Source: Phragmitibacter sp. (GTDB lineage Bacteria; Verrucomicrobiota; Verrucomicrobiia; Verrucomicrobiales; Verrucomicrobiaceae). From it: 64,000 nucleotides of DNA. The position numbers and the translations under genes were made by a program. The stretch is from contig OZ260079.1 in NCBI GenBank assembly GCA_965284365.1, forward strand, positions 456,836-520,835, given 5' to 3'. Shown piece by piece: positions 36,270-45,674 of the stretch. The notes beneath the pieces were generated by a model. That model had not been told where the DNA came from and searched no databases. It saw only the letters and a list, made by a program, of their open reading frames with translations. Positions within the stretch are counted from its first letter, which is position 1; every line of letters begins with the position of its first letter.

Positions 36270-39089
36270 TTAGTTGTCGTCTTCGTCTTTGCCAAAGAGA
36301 CGGAACTTTTTCGGCTTCGGTGGCGGCGGCGCTTCTTCCACAGGCTGAGCGACGACCGGTTGTGCGGCAGATGGCGTGTCGGCTGCCACTGCTTTCGGAA
36401 TGGCAGCTTTGCCTGGGCTTTGATCTGCTACTACGGGGGTTGGAGCGACTGGTATTTTTTCGGGGACCAGCGCGGCAGGCTTTGTTCGTTTTCCTTTAGA
36501 CTTTACCGGGGGCTCTGCAATCGTCGGCGTTGCTGGCGCCGGCTCCACTGCCTCTGCTTTGGGCGGCGCTGATTTCGGCGACCTTTGCGTATTGTTCGCA
36601 GTACTATCCGGTGAAGCGACGCTAACCGCGACTGGTGTCTCTGTTGACATGGCGACGGGTGTCGGTCCCGATGCGGGATTGGCGACTGGAGCCGGGGGTA
36701 TCGACTCCTCGACAGCGACGGCTTTAGGAGGCGCTGGTTTTTTCTTAAACAAGCTGAATCCTCGCTTGGGCTGCGGGGGCGCTTCGTTCACGGCTACGGC
36801 AGGTGGAGCTTCTGAGACCACAGGCGTTTGCTCAGGCTGGCCTAGCTGAGGGGCATTTGACATCGCTACTGGTGGCTCTTCCAGCACAAGGGTGGTGCCC
36901 GGAGGAACCTGTCGAGGCATCGCGGGTTGTTGTTGTGGACCTGGAGGTGCAGTAGATAGCGTGACGGCAGGTGTGGCCGCTGCGGGTTGGACGCGAACGG
37001 TGTTAGGGGCGACCTGTGTCTGCAAGGCTGCGACAGGAGGCTGATTGGCCAATACGGGCATGGCTGCGGGTGGAGGCGCGACACCATACGGGTCGACTGG
37101 CGCCGGCGCCGTTGGGATGCCAGGGTCATTTGCAAGAACTGGGAGTGCCTGAGGCGCCTTCAACAAAGGATCTTTGAGATAAGGGGCCGGCGCATTTTGA
37201 TTTTGAATACCGTGCTTTGCGGGATCCCCGAAAATATCTGCCAAGACACGCCCCATCACGGGCGCAGCCGTCATGCCTCCCGAAATATCATCTCCTTCCT
37301 CCCCTTCCAAGACCGCGGCAAAAGCGATGGGTGGGGAACTGTCTGCCACGAAGCCGCCGAACCAGACCACATTGGCCATTGTGCCTTTGTTGGACCACTG
37401 GGCTGTCCCTGTCTTGCCAAAGACTCTCGTCTCCTTAAGCCGGGCCTTGGTCGCAGTGCCTTGTTCGTGATTCACGACTGCGTACATGCCTTCCCGGACA
37501 AGCTGGAGGTGTTCTTCGGAAAAATTGAGCGCATGAACCGGGCCTGTTCCGGCTGACCAGACCACTTCCTGCTGCTGATTCTGCAACTGTGATACTACGG
37601 TTGCATTGGGCCGCTGACGGCCATGGGCAAGGCCCGCCATCGCTGCTGTCACTTGCAGAGGCGATGCGAGAACTTCGCCCTGACCAATGGACAGATTGGC
37701 GAGCGCTCGCCGATTTGCCGCCTTCTTCGGAATTGTGCCAGTGGCTCGATCCTTCAACGCAAAATCAAAAGTCTCTCCAAAGCCAAATTCTCTGGCCGTG
37801 TCCAACATGGCCCGGTCGCCTGTGCCGATGGCCACCTGATAAAAATACGTGTTACATGATCTGACCAACGCGGCCCGGAGGTCAAACCAGCCCTCGTCAG
37901 TCTTCGACCAGTTGCGGAAGGTTCGACCATCAATGTCCAGCTTTGGGCCGCACAGCAAAATGGTGTTTGGCATGACGGTACCGGCACGCAAAAAGCCGAG
38001 CGCCATGAATGGTTTAAACACAGAGCCAGGGGGATATTGAGAGACGGCAGCTCGATCTACAAGAGGATCGCCCTTCTGCTTCGCAAAGCGGTCGAACTCT
38101 TCCTGACTCATCCCTGCCGCGAATGACATGGGATCAAAGGTAGGATAGGAAGCCATGGCAATGACCGCTCCAGTCAGGGCATTCATGACCACGACGGCTC
38201 CCGGCCGTTTCGACTCTGCGAGCAACTTTTCCGCAGAACCTTGGGTCGCCATGTTCAGCGTGGTGACGACGTCTTCTCCTGGAGTAGGCGGGATGAGTAC
38301 GCGCTCTTCCAGTTCCTGTGTTTTGAGATCGCAGGTGACCAGCATCAAGCCGGGTTTGCCTGCCAACTGCTTGTTGAGGGAACTCTCTAATCCATCGCGA
38401 CCAACGGTTTCCCGCCAGAGCGATTCGAAATCATGCAAAGGGCCATTCGCAATCGGTCCCTCAGGCGAAACATAACCCACCACGTGAGCTGCCGAGGCAC
38501 CATGGGGATATTCACGCTGGTATTCAGCCCGCCAACGACCAATGCCTTGCGGGTCTTTGGCATGCTCCTGTGCGTAGGCCTCAGGAAATGTGCCCGACAT
38601 GGGGAATGGAAGCATCCGACGGTGCTTAAAATGGCTCTCCAGGCTTTCCAATGAAGGCTTGGCGATCCCAGGGTAGGACTTCGATAGTTCATCCCAGCGT
38701 TCATCAAACCATCTCGCATAGGAGTGCACCGTCTCCTCCGGGAGCGGCGGCACCCTCAGCATGAGTCTCATCACCAGCTTTGTGCGAGCGAGTGCTCCGC
38801 CTTGGGCATCCAATATTTGTCCCCGAGGCGCGGGTATCTTGAAATACATGGGTGCACGCGTTGGGTCAGTGCTGGTTGAGGCTGGCATCAGGGGCGCAGC
38901 GCCTAACACATGGACGGTCGCAACCAAGACTCCAAGAGAAAGTGTGATGGACCGCAATAGTCCGTCACTTCGTTCTTTGCATAAGGACGAGCCGATGCCC
39001 CGGCAGGCCTGATCTCTGCCTATCCTATCCCCTCCGGGACCGCTCTTGACCTTGTGGCTTTCCATCATGCTTCTGTTCCGAGTAATCAC
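36270..39089 (-). CDS. class B penicillin-binding protein (PBP2/MrdA-like transpeptidase) with a ~300-aa Pro/Ala-rich C-terminal extension
   Basis: Transpeptidase motifs 'GSVFKPF' (SxxK), 'SCNTY' (SxN), 'KTGTAQW' (KTG). The C-terminal ~308 aa are low-complexity P/A/V-rich and end in 'KPKKFRLFGKDEDDN'. Confidence 0.75.
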   Translation of the reverse strand: MITRNRSMMESHKVKSGPGGDRIGRDQACRGIGSSLCKERSDGLLRSITLSLGVLVATVHVLGAAPLMPASTSTDPTRAPMYFKIPAPRGQILDAQGGALARTKLVMRLMLRVPPLPEETVHSYARWFDERWDELSKSYPGIAKPSLESLESHFKHRRMLPFPMSGTFPEAYAQEHAKDPQGIGRWRAEYQREYPHGASAAHVVGYVSPEGPIANGPLHDFESLWRETVGRDGLESSLNKQLAGKPGLMLVTCDLKTQELEERVLIPPTPGEDVVTTLNMATQGSAEKLLAESKRPGAVVVMNALTGAVIAMASYPTFDPMSFAAGMSQEEFDRFAKQKGDPLVDRAAVSQYPPGSVFKPFMALGFLRAGTVMPNTILLCGPKLDIDGRTFRNWSKTDEGWFDLRAALVRSCNTYFYQVAIGTGDRAMLDTAREFGFGETFDFALKDRATGTIPKKAANRRALANLSIGQGEVLASPLQVTAAMAGLAHGRQRPNATVVSQLQNQQQEVVWSAGTGPVHALNFSEEHLQLVREGMYAVVNHEQGTATKARLKETRVFGKTGTAQWSNKGTMANVVWFGGFVADSSPPIAFAAVLEGEEGDDISGGMTAAPVMGRVLADIFGDPAKHGIQNQNAPAPYLKDPLLKAPQALPVLANDPGIPTAPAPVDPYGVAPPPAAMPVLANQPPVAALQTQVAPNTVRVQPAAATPAVTLSTAPPGPQQQPAMPRQVPPGTTLVLEEPPVAMSNAPQLGQPEQTPVVSEAPPAVAVNEAPPQPKRGFSLFKKKPAPPKAVAVEESIPPAPVANPASGPTPVAMSTETPVAVSVASPDSTANNTQRSPKSAPPKAEAVEPAPATPTIAEPPVKSKGKRTKPAALVPEKIPVAPTPVVADQSPGKAAIPKAVAADTPSAAQPVVAQPVEEAPPPPKPKKFRLFGKDEDDN

Positions 39090-39260
39090 GTTTACGCAGC
39101 GCGTGTGTAAGAATTTGCCTGCGCTTGCATCCAGTTTGATTCGCGGGCTTTGGTAGCGATGGCCGTTTCAACCTAGCGCATCGCTTACATTCATGCATGC
39201 ACCGTGACGCAGCCAACCCCATGCAAGCGGTGATAGAGGGCATGCCATTGATGGCTCCTA

Positions 39261-39301
39261 ATTACAAAAACGCCCGAGAGCAGCGGCGCTGCCATCGGGC
39301 G
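39261..39301 (-). terminator. intrinsic terminator for the 39334..40938 gene
   Basis: Hairpin cgcccga-(17 nt)-tcgggcg at 39271..39301. On the minus strand it is followed by TTTTTGTAAT and sits 33 nt after the stop. Confidence 0.55.
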
Positions 39302-39333
39302 ATCTCTACTTGTTAAGCCAATCGTGCTGAAAG

Positions 39334-40938
39334 CTATTCACGCTTGTTCTTGCGCTCACCACCTTCACCAGGCTTGGGGCGCTCGCTACCAGCCCCAGGA
39401 GACGATTTTTCTGGACTGGCTTCCGCACCTTTGCCGCCCTCGCTTTTTTCGCGGCTGGAAGAACCGGCCTCACCGGATTTCTTTGGCGAATCACTCGCGC
39501 CGCGACCGCTCTCTGTCTCCGATTTTGAAGCAGAAGACGCTGTCTTTGCTTCTCCAGCACCGGAGGAAGACGATGATGACGAAGAGGGACGATCTGCTTT
39601 TTCTTTCTCGCTATTGCCACCAGAGCCAGGGCTCTTGCTGCTGCTGCTGCTTTCGGCGCTGCCGTTTCGACCTGACGGTGAGGAAGATTCTTCACGATTC
39701 ATGCGTGCGCCTGAACCATCATTGGAAGACTTTGTTTTTGAGCTGGAACTTTCGTTTCCACTCTGATTAGGGCGCGCACTGCTACCTTCACTTCCGCTTT
39801 TGCTGCTAGAAGGACGTCCGCCAGCTGCTCCATTGCTGCTGCCATCTGAGGAAGGTGGCGATGACTGACTAGCCCCGGAGGAACCAGGACGAGCCTCTGA
39901 TTCGCTCCCGCCAGGTGTTTGACTACCGCTGGGGCGTTGGGAGGCCTCATTGGAGGATGAAGGACTTTTGCTGTTACCGGTTGCTGAAGGACCCTGCCGG
40001 CCTTCCTGCCCTTGCCCTTGCTTTTGTGAGGTGGAACCTGACCGACTGCTATCACTACTGCGGGATCCGTTTTGCTCTCCACCCGCCGAGTTGCCTGTGC
40101 TAGTGCTTGCAGGCTTTTGTTGGCTATTATCGCCGGACTTTGATTGCATATCGCGGCTTGCCCCTTGTTGGCTTGGGTTACTGCTGGTGCGATTGCCGTC
40201 GGGTGTGTCGGAACCGGTGTCAGGGCGGCGGCTGCCTTCGCTCTCGGAAGATTGTTCTCCTACGCGACGGTCACCTTGCGCGGTTCCGGTTTGGCCCTGC
40301 ATGGGCTGGCCTTCACGGCCTTGTCCCTGGGGCTGGCCTGCCCCGGAAGGGCTCGTACCAGTGGGTGGTGTGTTCCCAGCCTGACCTTGTTCTGAAGCCG
40401 GTCTTTGTGATTGTTGGCCAGAGGGGTCATTACGGCCGCTTTGACCTTGGGAAGAAGTCTGCATGCTCGTGCGATCCCTCCATGAGGTGGTCACACCGAA
40501 GTGCTGAAATGACCGGTCAACGATCGCAGGCTCGAATTGCGTGATATTCGTGATTTGAGTGCGCTCGATGATGGGTGCACGCTCGAGCCGTTCACGATTG
40601 ATTTCGGTCAATGTCACTTCCTTCTGGCCAAACCGGACTGAGGCGATGGGCACCGGCACCATACGCTCGGCAAGGAATCCCCCGGTAACCACGGCCGAGA
40701 CAACCTGACCGTTGGAGGGTTCCATGATGAAGTAGGATATGTGGCCGGCATCGGCTCCGTCCGAAGTGCGCAGGGTCAGGTCATCCTGGCATACTCGAAT
40801 GACGCTAAGAGTGCTTGTAGTGGATGAAGTCGCTGTCGCTGTCTGCGCTGGCGAAGGTATACACCACAGTAAACTGAGGGCAGAAGCCGTGGCTCCGGCA
40901 GTGAAGAATCGAATAGGTTTCATGATAGGTGAGGGCAC
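39334..40938 (-). CDS. secreted PRC-barrel-like domain protein with a ~370-aa Ser/Gly/Gln-rich disordered tail
   Basis: The signal peptide starts at the second ATG (40923) as 'MKPIRFFTAGATASALSLLW'. PRC-barrel-like region 'GQVVSAVVTGGFLAERMVPVPIASVRFGQKEVTLTEINRERLERAPII'. The remainder is low-complexity S/G/Q/P. Confidence 0.55.
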   Translation of the reverse strand: MPSPIMKPIRFFTAGATASALSLLWCIPSPAQTATATSSTTSTLSVIRVCQDDLTLRTSDGADAGHISYFIMEPSNGQVVSAVVTGGFLAERMVPVPIASVRFGQKEVTLTEINRERLERAPIIERTQITNITQFEPAIVDRSFQHFGVTTSWRDRTSMQTSSQGQSGRNDPSGQQSQRPASEQGQAGNTPPTGTSPSGAGQPQGQGREGQPMQGQTGTAQGDRRVGEQSSESEGSRRPDTGSDTPDGNRTSSNPSQQGASRDMQSKSGDNSQQKPASTSTGNSAGGEQNGSRSSDSSRSGSTSQKQGQGQEGRQGPSATGNSKSPSSSNEASQRPSGSQTPGGSESEARPGSSGASQSSPPSSDGSSNGAAGGRPSSSKSGSEGSSARPNQSGNESSSSKTKSSNDGSGARMNREESSSPSGRNGSAESSSSSKSPGSGGNSEKEKADRPSSSSSSSSGAGEAKTASSASKSETESGRGASDSPKKSGEAGSSSREKSEGGKGAEASPEKSSPGAGSERPKPGEGGERKNKRE

Positions 40939-41213
40939 AATTTTCTTGCAGTTTTGCGCGCCACCGTCGGAAGACGGCTGGTAGTGTCACCAAAGAACGT
41001 TTAGGCACTCTGGGGCGTCGCGGGCTGTCTACAACATCGAGAGTCACCGCGCTCCAGGCTCTCCACCGTTTCCCCTAGGGATTCGTAAGGGGCAGAGACA
41101 TGTTTTTCTGCGTCACTTGGCTTATTTATCCCTTTTTTCTGGTATTTATTGATCACTTCAGGTATCTGTTCACCGCGTAAATTCTGAGTTAGTTCTAACC
41201 CCCTACTCTTTTA

Positions 41214-42263
41214 TTGAGCCCTCCTCCTGGTTTGATGAAAAGCGAACTCCTTATCCTCATCGGCGAAGCCATAGCCGTCTATTTCCTCGTCCTCTGGGCT
41301 CACTCGCTCAGAAACCGCCTCGGTCTTGCTCACTTTTACGCCCTCATTGGTAGCCTTACCGCTGTCATGGTCTGGACGACCGACGCCGGGGTAACTGTAA
41401 ATCTACCGGGGGTGACCTTGATGGTTGGGTCTACGGTGTTTTTCACCGCCCTCCTGCTGGCCGTCTTTGTGATTTACGTCTTCGATGGGCCCCGAGCCAC
41501 GCGGATTGCCATCTCAACGATCATCGGCGTTTCCGTCATGGTGCCCCTCATCACGATGGCTTTGCATTGGCAGATCAAGATCACGGGGCAGACCTCGGCA
41601 GGCTACTTTCCGCCTCAGGAGTTGCGCATTTATGCAGCCTCTATCTTCGCTGCCTTCGCAGATCTGATCTTCCTTGCCATGGCGTGGGAGTTCTTCGGCA
41701 AGCCCCGTTTTAATGTCAGCCTCTGGATGCGTGCTTTTGCGACGCTTCTGGGCGTCATGTGGCTGGATGTGGTGCTTTTCGCGACTGGCGCCTTCTTTGG
41801 CACGCCCGGCTACATCGAGATCATGACGGGCACCTTCGCCAGCCGTCTCCTTATCAGCGTTTTTGCCTTCCCCTTCCTGTATTTTTACATCATTTGGCAG
41901 AATCGCATCAATGGGATGCAGATTGAGAATCGGCCCATTCTTGCCATCCTGAAAGAGGTTACTGAAGTCCGGCTCGAACTTAATCTAGCCCAACAGGAGA
42001 TTGAGCGCCGGAAGCAGGTCGAGCGGGAAAAGGAAGCCCTCATCCGCTCGCTGCAACTAGCCCTACAGGAAGTGAAAACCCTTCGTGGTATCCTACCCAC
42101 TTGCGCCTACTGCAAGGACATCCGTGATGACGATGGGCATTGGCATCCTCTGGAGGTCTACATCCAGCGCCACACGGAAACGCAGTTTACCCACGGCATC
42201 TGCGAAGACTGCCTCCATGAACATTTCCCGGAACTGAATCTCGAACTCGATCCGAAGCGCTAG
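41214..42263 (+). CDS. integral membrane (~7 TM) protein with a coiled coil and a C-terminal Cys/His-rich putative metal-binding module
   Basis: Hydrophobic N-terminal ~230 aa. Coiled coil 'LELNLAQQEIERRKQVEREKEALIRSLQLALQEVKTLRG'. C-terminus 'CAYCKDIRDDDGHWHPLEVYIQRHTETQFTHGICEDCLHEHF'. Confidence 0.6.
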   Translation: MSPPPGLMKSELLILIGEAIAVYFLVLWAHSLRNRLGLAHFYALIGSLTAVMVWTTDAGVTVNLPGVTLMVGSTVFFTALLLAVFVIYVFDGPRATRIAISTIIGVSVMVPLITMALHWQIKITGQTSAGYFPPQELRIYAASIFAAFADLIFLAMAWEFFGKPRFNVSLWMRAFATLLGVMWLDVVLFATGAFFGTPGYIEIMTGTFASRLLISVFAFPFLYFYIIWQNRINGMQIENRPILAILKEVTEVRLELNLAQQEIERRKQVEREKEALIRSLQLALQEVKTLRGILPTCAYCKDIRDDDGHWHPLEVYIQRHTETQFTHGICEDCLHEHFPELNLELDPKR

Positions 42264-42283
42264 CACGCAACTGCAATCCCCCC

Positions 42284-42643
42284 ATGTCCGAGTTCGCCAA
42301 TGTTGCCGAATCGCGCATACAGGAAGCCCTCGAGGCAGGGCAGTTTGAAAATCTTCAGGGACACGGACAGCCCCTGGATCTCTCGGCCTACTTTGCGGCG
42401 CCCTCGTCGCTTCGGGCTGGCTTTAGTCTTCTGAAGAGCGCCTCCATCGTCCCGCCGGAAGTACTCGCCATGCAAGACATTGCCCGGCTGCGGGAGATCC
42501 TTGCCACCATAGCGGAGCAAAAAGGGGATGCCCATGATCGTGAGACGGCAGCTCTTCGTGCCGAGCTCCGACTACGGGAAACTGAGCTCGCCATGGCCTT
42601 GGAGCGCATGAAGCTCAGTTTGAAGGCTGACGCTACTTCCTAG
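42284..42643 (+). CDS. DUF1992 (DnaJ-C28-like conserved domain) protein
   Basis: 'AESRIQEALEAGQFENLQGHGQPLDL' matches the DUF1992 signature. Confidence 0.55.
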   Translation: MSEFANVAESRIQEALEAGQFENLQGHGQPLDLSAYFAAPSSLRAGFSLLKSASIVPPEVLAMQDIARLREILATIAEQKGDAHDRETAALRAELRLRETELAMALERMKLSLKADATS

Positions 42644-42777
42644 CCATAGCGAGAGGGCCACCGCAGTGCGGTGGCGAGGCTGCAGTTCTGCCAAACCATT
42701 CCTCCTTGCAATTTCGTGCAATCCCCGCAAACTACCGCCCCCTTTCCTTTCGGATCCTTCACACGCACAGACCAGCC

Positions 42778-43341
42778 ATGCCAAGCACACCCGTCATAAA
42801 CCTTCGCAAAGGACATGCCGTCCGTTACAACAACGACGTTTGCGTCGTCTCCGACACTGAGCTCAAGACGCCTCCGCGCATGGCCTCCTACGTGCAGATG
42901 TCCATCAAGAGCATCACCTCCGGAAAGGTCCACAACCTCCGTATGACGTCGAATGAGTCGCTGGACTCCGTAGTGTTGAACAAGGACGCCCACGAATACA
43001 GCTATAAGGATGGGGACGGCTACCACTTCATGCATCCTGAAACTTTTGACGACGTGGTCCTCAACGAAGACCTTGTCAAAGGTGTGAAGCTCTATCTCAT
43101 CGAAGGTCAGAAATACCTCATCGTCTTCACGGATGACTCCGTTGCCGGTATCGAGCTTCCTCCGAGCATGGTGATGACCATCACGGAGGCTCCTGAAGGT
43201 GTGAAGGGCGACTCCGCCAACAACGTGTATAAAGCCGCGATCACCGAGACCGGCCTGACGGTCCAAGTGCCTCTTTTTATCGGGCCTGGCCAAAAGATCA
43301 GCGTGAAGACCGAAGACGGTTCTTACCTCGGCAAGGCGTAA
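42778..43341 (+). CDS. efp: translation elongation factor P
   Basis: Start at the internal ATG 42778. 188 aa with EF-P three-domain pattern 'NLRKGHAVRYNNDVCVV...' and C-terminal 'GLTVQVPLFIGPGQKISVKTEDGSYLGKA'. The modification loop is atypical ('LKTPPRMAS'). Confidence 0.75.
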   Translation: MPSTPVINLRKGHAVRYNNDVCVVSDTELKTPPRMASYVQMSIKSITSGKVHNLRMTSNESLDSVVLNKDAHEYSYKDGDGYHFMHPETFDDVVLNEDLVKGVKLYLIEGQKYLIVFTDDSVAGIELPPSMVMTITEAPEGVKGDSANNVYKAAITETGLTVQVPLFIGPGQKISVKTEDGSYLGKA

Positions 43342-43370
43342 GCGGAACAACTCCGTTTCGCCCCCTAACA

Positions 43371-43391
43371 GAAGTGGCGTGTCGCCGCTTC
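43371..43391 (+). terminator. candidate intrinsic terminator downstream of efp
   Basis: 9-bp stem gaagtggcg/cgccgcttc (one G-U pair) with loop tgt, followed by a T-rich 'tgtcttccctct'. Confidence 0.4.
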
Positions 43392-43450
43392 TGTCTTCCC
43401 TCTCGAAGTCCGCCACCCCGGCGGACTTTCTTTTTACACGGCAACAAGTC

Positions 43451-45517
43451 TCACTTCGCCGCGCCCGTCTGCGGTGCACTAAAACGCCAGAACTTGTCGA
43501 AGAACCCGGCATCGACCACCTTGCCCGCCTTCTCCGCATCTGCCGCAGTCGTGATATCCACTACCGCCCAATCAGGAAGCTTCGGGTTCTGCAGGGAGTT
43601 GGTCTTGTCATGCGCTTCACGGAAGGTGAGTCCGGAATTCAATACCACATATGGACGGCCAGGCTTGTACGGCTGATCAGGATAGATGATGATGGGGACA
43701 TGCTTGGTCGCGTCGAAGACCAAACCGTTGTTGAGGAGGAGATTGTTATTGCTGTCCCAGCGCACAGGGAGTTCGGCGGAGCGGGCCGCAATGCATTCGT
43801 TCGACTTGTCGTCTCCCCAAAGGATGAGATGCTCATCTTCGGCCCGAGCTGCGCCTACGTCGGAAGCCTTGGCCACGATTGGATCACCCCGCATAAGGCG
43901 GCGCCAGCGTTGGATGAAATGTTCGCTTTCTGCTTTCACCCATGCGTCCGTCTGCGGGCTGCGTCCCGGCTTGTCTGGCAGGACAACGACAAAGCGCTTC
44001 AAGAATGCGTCGTCGATGCAGGTCCCACCGGCTTTGCGCGCGCTATCCAGCTTGCGGTCATCATTCCCGGAAATGGTCCAAACGCCTGTTTCTGAGCGGG
44101 CACCAAAATAACGGAGGGTGTTGCCCAAGCCAGGGCTGAACTTGCGTGTGTCTTTGGCGGTGAACATCTGCCCATCCACCACCATGGTCCGCTCCGCTGC
44201 CGCCTTTGGCCAAGGCACATCCACTGCGAACACATCGACATTCTTGGTGACCAAGCGCAGGATACCTGTACTGGCGTCCAAATCTGCATCCAGACGCGTG
44301 TCTTCCCAAGGTTTCGCCACTTCCAGAACCCGCACCCAATGCTTGCGGGCATAGCGCGCGGACTTTGTCTGCAACCAGACTTTGTTCGGAAAAGGATTGC
44401 GGCCTCGTTCCACGTGTTTTTCCATCAACTGGGAAACTTCGTCGCGGACGGCGGGATCGTATTTATGCCCAATTTTCGGGCCAATGAGATGCCTCAGCGC
44501 GATGCCCTCCTTGGCGAGGACTTCAGTCATATACTCCGCGGAGTCACGCTGCTTGTCCTCCTCACCGCTGTAGGAAATCAGCGGCACATTAAAGAAGTTT
44601 CGCGCGTAGTCCGGCACATCGTAGAGACCCCACAACGTTTGCTCGTACCACACCGGCATGCGATCCGGCGTCAGCTTTTGGTAGCGCTTCACATCCACAA
44701 ATCCCGCGCCGGTGTGCACCGCTGCCCACTGGTCAGCATAATGCGCCCCCATGTGCCAGGCGCCCGCGCCACCCATGCTGAATCCCAACAGGGCAATGCG
44801 ATTTACATCCACGCCAAAGCGCTGGGTGGCATCCGCTCCACATTCGAGCACATCGGTCTCGCCAGCGGATTTGTAACCATTGCAATAGCGGCCAAAGGGA
44901 TGCACCACGATGGTGGACTTCGGTTTGAATTCACCTCCTTTGCTCTTCATGCGGCTGGCGATGAAGTGCAGATCCGTAGCGGTATCTCCCCTGCCATGCA
45001 GCCAGATCCACATGGGCACCGGCTTTTTGCCGGGTCCCCATTCGAGGCCTTCCGGAATTTCCACGCCATAAGGCTGGGGCGAGTCGTCGATCCGCGAATA
45101 AAAGCCGAGCACTTTTGACCCCGCGCCTTCCATCCATGGCGTAAGGCCCTCTTTGAGAGCCGCAGTCCGGCGTCCGGCTTCAGCCAGCAAGTCACGAGCT
45201 TTTTTCACGCCATCTTCCGGCGTCTTGTCATACCACTCATGGAAGTCCAAGGCATAACGCACGGCCTTAAGGAATATCTCCACATCTGCCGCGCGAGGAT
45301 GCCCTTTAACGGGCAGAAAAGCTTCCCTGGCGGCGGCCAGTTCCTTCTCCAGTTCCGCTTGCTGACCGGCAGAGATGTCAGACTTGGCTTGCGGAGGCAG
45401 GCTGCCCAGCCAGGATGCTGTCGCGCCACTTGGATCAAGTTGGGCAAACGTCGCGGTGACCGGTAAAGCTGCAAACGCAACCAAGGCGGACCAGATGGTA
45501 ACTTTCGAGAATTTCAT
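43451..45517 (-). CDS. secreted alpha/beta hydrolase (esterase/peptidase S9-like) with an extra C-terminal domain
   Basis: Signal peptide 'MKFSKVTIWSALVAFAALPVTA'. Nucleophile elbow 'LLGFSMGGAGAW'. 688 aa. Confidence 0.6.
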   Translation of the reverse strand: MKFSKVTIWSALVAFAALPVTATFAQLDPSGATASWLGSLPPQAKSDISAGQQAELEKELAAAREAFLPVKGHPRAADVEIFLKAVRYALDFHEWYDKTPEDGVKKARDLLAEAGRRTAALKEGLTPWMEGAGSKVLGFYSRIDDSPQPYGVEIPEGLEWGPGKKPVPMWIWLHGRGDTATDLHFIASRMKSKGGEFKPKSTIVVHPFGRYCNGYKSAGETDVLECGADATQRFGVDVNRIALLGFSMGGAGAWHMGAHYADQWAAVHTGAGFVDVKRYQKLTPDRMPVWYEQTLWGLYDVPDYARNFFNVPLISYSGEEDKQRDSAEYMTEVLAKEGIALRHLIGPKIGHKYDPAVRDEVSQLMEKHVERGRNPFPNKVWLQTKSARYARKHWVRVLEVAKPWEDTRLDADLDASTGILRLVTKNVDVFAVDVPWPKAAAERTMVVDGQMFTAKDTRKFSPGLGNTLRYFGARSETGVWTISGNDDRKLDSARKAGGTCIDDAFLKRFVVVLPDKPGRSPQTDAWVKAESEHFIQRWRRLMRGDPIVAKASDVGAARAEDEHLILWGDDKSNECIAARSAELPVRWDSNNNLLLNNGLVFDATKHVPIIIYPDQPYKPGRPYVVLNSGLTFREAHDKTNSLQNPKLPDWAVVDITTAADAEKAGKVVDAGFFDKFWRFSAPQTGAAK

Positions 45518-45674
45518 GACGAGAAAGCGGAACGAAGGAAACGAGCATAGCTTGGTGGACGAGCAGCAAGCCCTTTCAGTTTAGCGAAGTCGTGGCTGGG
45601 AAGGAAAGACAATCCTCCCTCTCTCCTGCCGTAGAGCCGACAGGGCGAAGTAACCCATCGCATAGCGCGGTCCG

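Noticed and set aside
44339-45118. 259-aa plus-strand ORF inside the 43451-45517 hydrolase gene
   Set aside because: Antisense shadow ORF. No motifs. The minus-strand gene has a signal peptide and GxSxG.
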